From positions 1-57,344 of the forward strand of contig JBFGDZ010000001.1 of assembly GCA_041580375.1 (NCBI GenBank): a stretch of DNA of 57,344 nt. Direction: 5' to 3'. Origin of the DNA: Candidatus Polarisedimenticolia bacterium. GTDB taxonomy: Bacteria > Acidobacteriota > Polarisedimenticolia > Gp22-AA2. Positions 50,594 through 57,344 of the stretch are shown here, piece after piece (within the stretch, counting starts at the first letter, position 1; the number at the start of each line of letters is the position of its first letter). The notes below the pieces were generated by a model that searched no databases, was not told where the DNA came from, and was given only the letters and a program-made list of their open reading frames with translations. A program made the position numbers and the translations under genes.

Positions 50594-53500
50594 ATGAGCC
50601 GTGATGCGCGCGCACTGCGATCGCTTGCCCTGATCGTCGCGGTCTCGGGAGCGGCGGGACTGACCCACGAAGTCGTGTGGGCGCGCGCGCTGGGCCAGAC
50701 CCTCGGCCACTCCCTTCAGTCCCTCACGGCCGTCCTGGTCGCCTTCCTCGGCGGCCTCGGTCTGGGCGCGGTCGTTGCCTCCCGGCGCGCCGGGCGTACG
50801 ATCTCCCCGCTGCGTGCCTTCGCCGCCCTCGAGGTCGGGATCGCGGCGTGGGGCGTGGCATCTCCCTGGATCGCGCGGGGCGTCCGCGAGGGGATCGTCG
50901 CTTTCACAGGAGCTTTTCCCACTGTTCCGTACGGAATGCCGCTGCGTTTCGCGGCCGCGTGTCTGGCGATCGCTCCTCTCACCCTGGCCATGGGCGCGAC
51001 CTTCCCGTTTCTGATCCGCGAGGGCCGCCGCCGCGGCGCCGAGTCGGCCGCCTGCACCCGGACGCTTTACGGATGGAACACGATCGGCGGCGCCCTCGGG
51101 GCGGGCGCGGGCTCGTTCCTGCTCCTGCCCTGGCTCGGTACGGAGGGCGCATTCCAGGCCGCCGCCGCCGGAAACCTGATCGCCGCCTGCGCGGCGCTGG
51201 CTTCGAGCCGCCGGCGAGCCGCGCCCACGCCCGAGGCCGCGGCGCCGGAGGACGAGGTGGACGGCGCGGCGCCCGGACGCGCGCGCCGCCGGGGGCCCGC
51301 TTCCCTGATCGTCGCGATCACCGCGGCCGCGCTCTCGGGCGCGGCGGGGGGGCTGCTGCAGCTGGGCTGGACGCGGGCGATGACCCTCGCGTTCGGGTCC
51401 TCCGTCTTCGCCCTCGGGATCTCGCTCACCGCCTACATCCTGGGCATCGGGATCGGGCCCCTGATCGTCACGCGCCGCATCCTCCGACCGGGCCGCGAAA
51501 CGGGCGTCGCGGCGGTCTTGTTCTGGATCGTCGGCGCATCATCTCTGGCTCTCCTCCCCGCCTTCGGGAGGATGCCGGTTCTGGCGGCGCATCTGTCCGG
51601 GCGCCTCGACGCCTCGCCCGTCCTCATGCTCGCCGCGCAGTTCGCGGTCGTGTTCCTGTGTCTTCTCGTGCCGACGCTGGCGCAGGGAGCGGCCTTCCCC
51701 GTGCTCGTCCTGATCGGCGAGGGCAACGGCCGCGTTCCGTCCCACCGCGCGGCCGCCCTCGTGTACGGGGTCTCCACCTGGGGGCTGGTGGCGGGGCTGG
51801 GCGCAGGCGGCCTCCTGCTGATCCCGGCGATCGGGGCGGAGCGCTCGCTGCGCGCGGCCGCGTGCGGCGCGCTGCTGCTGTCGCTGATCTTCGCGCTCCC
51901 CGGACTCGCCCGCGGCCGCGCGTCCCGACCCCGCCCGCTCCGTCAGGCGGCGGCGACCGCTCTCATGCTGATGCCCTGGGTCCTGCTGACCCTGCCGCGC
52001 TGGGACCGGGACGTGCTCGCATCGGGCGGGTTTCTCTACGGGCCGGTCTACAAGGCGGCTCTGGGCCGGGGCACGCTGGCCGAGCTGATGCGCCGACGCG
52101 GCGAGGTCCTTTACGAAAACGAGAGCGGCGAGGCGCTGGTCACCGTGCGACGGAGCCGCGCCGGCGTCCTCTCCCTGCAGATCAACGGCCGCACCGAGGC
52201 GTCCACCGGCGGCGACATGGGCACGCAGCTTCTCTCCGCTCATCTGCCCATGCTTCTTCATCCCCGGCCGCAGGACGTCCTGATCGTCGGCCTGGCGAGC
52301 GGCGTCACCGCGGGCGCGGCGGCGCGGTACCCCGCGCGGCACATCCGCGTCGTCGAGATCGTCCCCGCCGTGGTGGAGGCGGGCCGGCTCTTCTCGTCCC
52401 ACAACGGCAACGTGCTCGACGACCCGCGCCTCCGGATCGTGCTTGACGACGCGCGCGCCCATCTGCTCACGGCGCGCGAACGGTACGACGTCATCATCTC
52501 GCAGCCGTCCAACCCCTGGATCGCGGGCGTCGCCAACCTCTTCACGGTCGAGTTCTACGAGCTGATCCGCGCGCACATGCGGCCGGGCGGACTGTTCTGT
52601 CAGTGGGTGCAGGCCTACCGCATCGATCCTGCCGACCTGCGGGGCATCGTCGCCTCGTTCCTGCACGTCTTCCCCGAGGCGACGCTGTGGGAGGAGTCGG
52701 CGGGGAGCGGCGACTACTTTCTCATCGGCGGCGATCGCCCCGTGCGCGTCGACGCCGCGCGTCTCCACGGGCCGGAGGGCTCGGCGGCGTTCGAGGATCT
52801 CGAGCGGGCCGGCATCCGCGACGACGCCGACCTGCTCGCGCGCTTCGTGGCCGGACCCCGGGAACTGCGTGGCTTCTCGGCCCAGGCCTCCCTGCAGACG
52901 GACGATCGGCTCGATCTCGAGCGGCGCGCTCCGCTGGCGCTGTTCCGCCGGACCCTGCGCGATCAAGTCGCCGCCCTCAACCGGCATCGCCAGCCGGTGC
53001 TGCCGCTGATCGCGCAGGGCGACGCGATCGATCCGGGTCTGGTGGAGAGGCTCGGCCGCCGGCTCCGGGAGCGCGAGGTCCGCCTCGGCATCCTCGAGGG
53101 CCTCGAGGAGTCCGACCTCGGGGCGCTGGCGGACCCGTTCATGGCGGCCGGCCTCGACGCACTGCGTGCGGGACGGTTCGTGGAGGCGATCCCGGCGCTG
53201 CAGCGCGCCGCCACCCAGAATCCGGACAGCGGCGCCGCCGGCCTGCTCCTGGGCGAAGCGTACCGCGCCTCCGGCCTGGCCGAAGCCGCCGCCGTCGTCC
53301 TGCGCGAGACGGTCGCGATGCGGCCGAATCTGGCCGCCGCGTGGAACGCCCTCGGGCGCTCGCTGTGGACGCTGGGACGGGCCGGTGAGGCCCGCGCGGC
53401 GTTCGAGGAGGCGATCCGTCGGGGCGGTCCGTTCGCCGCCGCCCGCAACAACCTGGGGATCGTCCTGCTCGAATCGGGAGATCCGATCGCCGCCCGCCGC

Positions 53501-53845
53501 GCCTTCGAGTCCGCTCTCGCCGACGACCCGCAACTGGCCGCCGCGCACGCGAACCTCGGGCTGGCCCTCAAGCGATCCGGCGATTCCGAAGGCGCGGAGC
53601 GATCGTACCGTGCGGCCCTCGCTCTGGATCCGCTCAACACCGACGCGCGCTACAACCTCGCGGAGCTGCTGCGCGCCACGGCGCGCGAGGAGGCGGCCCG
53701 GGATGAGCTCACGCGCATTCTCGCGATCGATCCGTCCGATGAGCAGGCGCGCTCGGCTCTCGACGAGATGGGAGCCTCCGCCGGGGGAGGTTCCTCAGGC
53801 GTAGAGCGGCGCCGGCGCGTCCCGGCCCCCGCACCAGGAGGGTAG
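50594..53845 (+). CDS. Fused polytopic membrane domain / spermidine-synthase-like (class I methyltransferase fold) domain / C-terminal TPR array
   Basis: 1083 aa. About 12 predicted TM helices in the first ~480 aa. The SpeE-like core is VLIVGLASGVTAGAAARYP..IRVVEIVPAVV...IVLDDARAHL...YDVIISQPSNPWIAGVANLFTVEFYE...GGLFCQWVQ. It is followed by >=6 TPR units (AWNALGRSLWTLGRAGEARAAFEEAIR...). Confidence 0.85.
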   Translation: MSRDARALRSLALIVAVSGAAGLTHEVVWARALGQTLGHSLQSLTAVLVAFLGGLGLGAVVASRRAGRTISPLRAFAALEVGIAAWGVASPWIARGVREGIVAFTGAFPTVPYGMPLRFAAACLAIAPLTLAMGATFPFLIREGRRRGAESAACTRTLYGWNTIGGALGAGAGSFLLLPWLGTEGAFQAAAAGNLIAACAALASSRRRAAPTPEAAAPEDEVDGAAPGRARRRGPASLIVAITAAALSGAAGGLLQLGWTRAMTLAFGSSVFALGISLTAYILGIGIGPLIVTRRILRPGRETGVAAVLFWIVGASSLALLPAFGRMPVLAAHLSGRLDASPVLMLAAQFAVVFLCLLVPTLAQGAAFPVLVLIGEGNGRVPSHRAAALVYGVSTWGLVAGLGAGGLLLIPAIGAERSLRAAACGALLLSLIFALPGLARGRASRPRPLRQAAATALMLMPWVLLTLPRWDRDVLASGGFLYGPVYKAALGRGTLAELMRRRGEVLYENESGEALVTVRRSRAGVLSLQINGRTEASTGGDMGTQLLSAHLPMLLHPRPQDVLIVGLASGVTAGAAARYPARHIRVVEIVPAVVEAGRLFSSHNGNVLDDPRLRIVLDDARAHLLTARERYDVIISQPSNPWIAGVANLFTVEFYELIRAHMRPGGLFCQWVQAYRIDPADLRGIVASFLHVFPEATLWEESAGSGDYFLIGGDRPVRVDAARLHGPEGSAAFEDLERAGIRDDADLLARFVAGPRELRGFSAQASLQTDDRLDLERRAPLALFRRTLRDQVAALNRHRQPVLPLIAQGDAIDPGLVERLGRRLREREVRLGILEGLEESDLGALADPFMAAGLDALRAGRFVEAIPALQRAATQNPDSGAAGLLLGEAYRASGLAEAAAVVLRETVAMRPNLAAAWNALGRSLWTLGRAGEARAAFEEAIRRGGPFAAARNNLGIVLLESGDPIAARRAFESALADDPQLAAAHANLGLALKRSGDSEGAERSYRAALALDPLNTDARYNLAELLRATAREEAARDELTRILAIDPSDEQARSALDEMGASAGGGSSGVERRRRVPAPAPGG

Positions 53846-54175
53846 GTTCCGGAGCGCCGGGCGCCCCTGCAGCGGCTCGAGCAGCCCGCTCAGGAGGAGC
53901 ATCCTGCGGAGGGCCTTCCGGGGCCGCCGCACCCGGAGATCGGCGCCCCGGCGGCGGGCCTCGTCCAGACATCGGGCGAGCACGCCGAGGCCGGCGCAGT
54001 CGGTGAAGGGCACGCCGGACAGATCCAGGATGACGTCGCGCGCGCCGGCGTCGAGGAGCGCGCGAACGCGGCGCGGCAGCGCCCGGCTGCCGCGGCCGGC
54101 GGCGAGCGGGCCGAGCAGGGTCACTGTGCTCCGGGTTCCGTTGGTGGCCACGCGGATTCTGCAGATTCGCGACAT
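53795..54175 (-). CDS. STAS-domain protein (anti-sigma-factor antagonist family)
   Basis: 126 aa. VILDLSGVPFTDCAGLGVLARCLDEARRRGADLRV is the SpoIIAA/RsbV-like core. The 3' end overlaps the converging 50594-53845 gene by 51 nt. Confidence 0.75.
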   Translation of the reverse strand: MSRICRIRVATNGTRSTVTLLGPLAAGRGSRALPRRVRALLDAGARDVILDLSGVPFTDCAGLGVLARCLDEARRRGADLRVRRPRKALRRMLLLSGLLEPLQGRPALRNLPSWCGGRDAPAPLYA

Positions 54176-54269
54176 CGCCGTTCCTCCTGCGCCCGCCAGC
54201 GCTCTACCCCTCTGTTACGCGCGGGGGCGCTTGCGGGTTCCCGGAGGAGGGATCGGGTCGTGGTCGCGC

Positions 54270-55739
54270 TCACCGGGGATCGGCCGCGGTGCCTCCCGTC
54301 TCCGCATCCCCGGCGCCGTCGGTTCCGGCCGCCCCGGAAACGGGGTCCTCTTCCTTCGCGGACTTCAAGGCCGCCTCCGTCACTTCTCCCAGGAGGTGCC
54401 GGATGCGCTGGAGCGCGGCCGCCTCGACCAGGGCGAGGGGGCGCCAGGCCATGTCGCGCACCGGGAGGCGCCCCGAGGCGTCGGGCCGGCCGAACAGGAG
54501 GTGCTGCGAGGCCGTCCCGGCGTCATCGCCGCCGTCCCGCGAGCGGATCGTCAGGTCGAGCACCGGACGCGAGGCGATCGCGGAGCGGAGCTTCTCGTCC
54601 GGGTCGTCGGCGAAGGCCACGGCCCTCGTCGTGCCCAGCACCCGGAGCAGCGCGTCGACGATCTCGTCCTGCACCTCCCCCTCGACCCGGCCGCTGACGT
54701 TCCAGATCCGGCCCTCCCCGCGCGCGATCACGACCGCGGCCCCGCCATCGATCGACGCCGTGATCGACTCGATGCGATACTGACTGACACCGAGGATCTC
54801 CTTGCGCCTCAGGTCGAACGGCGGCGTCCGGATCTTCTTCCAGATGCCGTCCGGCACCTTGACCACGGCGCCGCCCTCCGCCCGCCGGACGTAGCGGTCG
54901 TCCCCCACGGCGGCCCCGAACGAGATGGTCCTCTCCTCCTCCCACCCGTTCTGCATCACGCTCACACGGGCAGCGGGCGGGTCCAGGCCGAACCGCCTCA
55001 GATCCTGCGCCGAGGGGGACTCCGCGACGAATTCGGTGGCGCGCAGGCGGTCGACCGCGCCGAGCAGGTCCGTCACGGTCGGCCCGTCCGCGGGCGCCGG
55101 GACCGGCTCCAACATCCGCCAGCCGGTCGCCGGCTTCTCCAGGAGCACGCTCCCCGTCCCGAGCTCGATACGGACGCTCGTGGCCTTCCAGGGATCGATC
55201 GTGAGGAGCGATTTGTCCCGGAGCGCGAACAGGTCCCGGTCCGACGCGTCGCCGATGGCGGAGGACACGACGCCCACGTCCCCGCTCTCCGGCAGGAGCA
55301 CGTAGACCGATCCTCCGATCGGATGGGTTCCCCCGATCGCCAGCGCGCGCTCCTCCCCGGACGGCGCCAGGATCGCCGTCACGGTCGCGCGCGGAGGGTC
55401 CAGGCCGTAGGGCGCGAGATCCTCCGGCGCCTCGATGCGGCGCTCCACGCGGGCGAGCTCGAGCGAGGACAGCAGGCCCTCGACGGCATCGCGATCCGCG
55501 CCGGCGTCCAGCGGCTCGACGATCCGAAATTCCTCGCCGTCCGGCTCCAGCCGCACGCGGCCGCGCTCGTTCTCGAGAACCAACGCCTGGAGATCGGATC
55601 GATCGAACGGCAGGGGCCTCGCCCGGCTCTCCTCGGCGCGCCGTCGCCCCGCCTCGCCCCGGAACTCGACGACGTAAACGTAGATCCCGAGTCCCAAAAG
55701 CAAAAAGATCGCGACGAGCGGTCCGGGCCGGATCTTCAC
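54270..55739 (-). CDS. DUF4340-like protein (usual partner of GldG-type ABC auxiliary proteins)
   Basis: 489 aa. N-terminal TM anchor (LVAIFLLLGLGIYVYVV), then repeated beta-rich modules (...LEPDGEEFRIVEPLDAGADRDAVEGLLSSL...). It sits directly downstream of the GldG-like gene. Confidence 0.7.
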   Translation of the reverse strand: MKIRPGPLVAIFLLLGLGIYVYVVEFRGEAGRRRAEESRARPLPFDRSDLQALVLENERGRVRLEPDGEEFRIVEPLDAGADRDAVEGLLSSLELARVERRIEAPEDLAPYGLDPPRATVTAILAPSGEERALAIGGTHPIGGSVYVLLPESGDVGVVSSAIGDASDRDLFALRDKSLLTIDPWKATSVRIELGTGSVLLEKPATGWRMLEPVPAPADGPTVTDLLGAVDRLRATEFVAESPSAQDLRRFGLDPPAARVSVMQNGWEEERTISFGAAVGDDRYVRRAEGGAVVKVPDGIWKKIRTPPFDLRRKEILGVSQYRIESITASIDGGAAVVIARGEGRIWNVSGRVEGEVQDEIVDALLRVLGTTRAVAFADDPDEKLRSAIASRPVLDLTIRSRDGGDDAGTASQHLLFGRPDASGRLPVRDMAWRPLALVEAAALQRIRHLLGEVTEAALKSAKEEDPVSGAAGTDGAGDAETGGTAADPR

Positions 55740-55749
55740 GACCGGGCCC

Positions 55750-57344
55750 TCAGAGGCGGCGCCGACGGATCCAGATCGCGACGCCGGCGGTCGCGATCGA
55801 GATCGGCATCAGCGCCACGATGGTCCAGAAGTAATAGAAGATCTGCGCCGAGCTCAGAATGACCAGATGCGGCTCGCTCGTCTTCGGCCGGATGGAGACG
55901 AGCTCCTCCCGCTCCGCCAGCCAGGCGATCGCGCTGAGGCCCAGATCGCCGTTCCCCGACGCGTTGAAATAGGCATTGGTGAGAAAGTCGGAGTCGCCGA
56001 AAAGGACGAGCCGCGTCTCCGGATCGCCCGCCGCGTCGCCCTCGCCGTCCGGCGCGTCCTCCGCCGGGTCGTCCTCGCCGGACGGACCGTTCCCCCCTGC
56101 CGGGGCGTCCGCTCGGTCGCGGATCGCGCGCCGGATCGCCGCCCCGACGATCACGGGACCCTTCGTGTCCACACCCCCATCGAAGGTGATGCGGCCGCTC
56201 TCCACCTCGGTCTGGGTCGATTCACCCCACGAGACCTCGGAGGTGCTCGCCAGCCGGCTCGCGATCACGCCCTCGGGGAGCGTCGCCGCGATCTCGATCG
56301 ACGACGCCATCGGGTAGAACGTCTGGTACTCGAAGCTCTTCGTAATCGGGTGGTAAAGATCGTAGCCCCCGGTCTGCACCATCGGGACGCGCGCGTCTCC
56401 GCCGAAGATCTGGGTCACCTTGTCGATGATGACGTCCCTGCGGACCGCGAGACCGTACGCGCGGAGTAGGTCCGACAGGCCCGCGTCGGTGCCGGGATCG
56501 AGGAGGATGAGCGCGCGCCCTCCGGCGTCCAGGTAGCTCCTGAGGGTCGCGACCTCCTCCGTCAGGAACGCCTTGTCCGGCCCGGGTACGATCAGAAGGC
56601 TCGCGTCCTCCGGAACGCCGGCCGTGAGGGAGACGGGGGCGACGCGGTAGTGCTGTTTCGTCAACGCCTCCTTGAGGAGCGAGAGGCCCCTCCGATCGCC
56701 GTCCTCGGGATTCGACTCGCCGTGGCCGCCGGTCACGTAGGCGACCGGCTCCGCGTCGCGCGTCACCTTGATCAGGGCGTTGGTGAGCGATTCCTCGTCG
56801 GCCGACGTGATGCGGCTCTCCCGGTCGCCGCTCTCGAAGACGATGGTCCCGTAGTCCCGGATCTCGTAACGGCGGACCTCGCCGGGGTTCTTGTCCGGGT
56901 CGACGAATCGCCACGACAGTCGGCCGCTGTGGTAACGGTACTCGTCCACGAGATCTTCGAGCCGGCCGCGGCCCGGCTCCTCCTCGCGGTAGAACGCCGT
57001 CGCACGCACCTCGCGCGGCAGGCTCTCCAGGACGCGGATCGTCTGCTCGCTGAGCGAGAACACCTTGCTCTCGGTGGCGTCGTAGCGCGCGTGGTGCCGG
57101 CCCGCAACGAAATTCACCAGCCCGACGACGGCCACGACCGTGAGGATGTAGCCCGCGCTCGCACCCGCCGCCCGCCCCCGGCGTCCCTTCAGGAACCGGA
57201 CCACCCGTTCGCGATCGAGCACGAGGCCTCCGATCAGCAGGACCGCGCCCAGTCCTCCGATCGAGAGCGCGAGCGGCCGGCGCTCGGGCACGACCGTGGT
57301 GAGGACGAACGCGAGCACCATCAGCGCGGCGCCCGCTCCGGGTC
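55750..57344 (-). CDS. GldG-like ABC-transporter auxiliary component (possibly 5'-truncated by the window edge)
   Basis: YDATESKVFSLSEQTIRVLESLPREVRATAFY...LSWRFVDPDKNP...YGTIVFESGDRESRI...VAYVTGGHGE... plus a C-terminal TM helix. The frame stays open upstream of the first ATG (57321) to the end of the window. Confidence 0.8.
   Translation of the reverse strand, partial: PGAGAALMVLAFVLTTVVPERRPLALSIGGLGAVLLIGGLVLDRERVVRFLKGRRGRAAGASAGYILTVVAVVGLVNFVAGRHHARYDATESKVFSLSEQTIRVLESLPREVRATAFYREEEPGRGRLEDLVDEYRYHSGRLSWRFVDPDKNPGEVRRYEIRDYGTIVFESGDRESRITSADEESLTNALIKVTRDAEPVAYVTGGHGESNPEDGDRRGLSLLKEALTKQHYRVAPVSLTAGVPEDASLLIVPGPDKAFLTEEVATLRSYLDAGGRALILLDPGTDAGLSDLLRAYGLAVRRDVIIDKVTQIFGGDARVPMVQTGGYDLYHPITKSFEYQTFYPMASSIEIAATLPEGVIASRLASTSEVSWGESTQTEVESGRITFDGGVDTKGPVIVGAAIRRAIRDRADAPAGGNGPSGEDDPAEDAPDGEGDAAGDPETRLVLFGDSDFLTNAYFNASGNGDLGLSAIAWLAEREELVSIRPKTSEPHLVILSSAQIFYYFWTIVALMPISIATAGVAIWIRRRRL

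Overview
This is a 57.3-kb, very GC-rich (about 70% by eye) and densely packed bacterial chromosomal segment with roughly 50 CDS and 1 tRNA. The host is a diderm (Tol-Pal, Lnt, Pal, OM beta-barrel) with an anaerobic signature (ATP-dependent benzoyl-CoA reductase, 2-oxoglutarate:ferredoxin oxidoreductase).

Gene content, left to right:
- Minus strand: hrcA-grpE-dnaK-dnaJ heat-shock operon with a perfect CIRCE operator.
- Minus strand: GAF-GGDEF / SPOR / GspE-like pseudo-ATPase with an MshEN-type N-terminus / lnt / prfB. The prfB gene carries its programmed +1 frameshift.
- Minus strand: stomatin-NfeD pair, aminotransferase, coaD, recN.
- Plus strand: tolQ-tolR-tolA-tolB-pal-ybgF-rpsT-hsp20-lon.
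- Minus strand: rnr-archease-rtcB.
- Plus strand: a compositionally deviant 3.8-kb gene for a 1276-aa protein (14 FG-GAP repeats plus thrombospondin-type-3 repeats), next to tRNA-Leu(CAG).
- Minus strand: an 11-gene, translationally coupled benzoyl-CoA pathway operon (had-oah/bamA-GNAT-dch-bcrC-bcrB-bcrA-bcrD-SDR-GNAT-rrf2).
- Minus strand: a lipoprotein and a small OM barrel, then CBS-korA-korB-CBS.
- Plus strand: several small uncharacterised genes and a 1083-aa membrane/spermidine-synthase-like/TPR fusion.
- Minus strand: STAS, DUF4340-like and GldG-like genes.

I saw no transposase, integrase, CRISPR array, rRNA or recognisable phage-defence genes, and nothing here is unambiguously a new system.

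The most promising leads are:
1. The c-di-GMP cyclase / MshEN-type receptor with a dead secretion-ATPase domain, in the SPOR-lnt-prfB operon.
2. The non-canonical passengers (two GNATs, SDR, Rrf2, no ferredoxin) in the benzoyl-CoA reductase operon, and the paralogous CBS proteins bracketing korAB.
3. The low-GC giant FG-GAP/TSP3 protein beside the tRNA.
4. The rnr-archease-rtcB RNA repair/decay operon.

All functional calls come from reading family signatures in the translations. No searches were run, and start codons are approximate.
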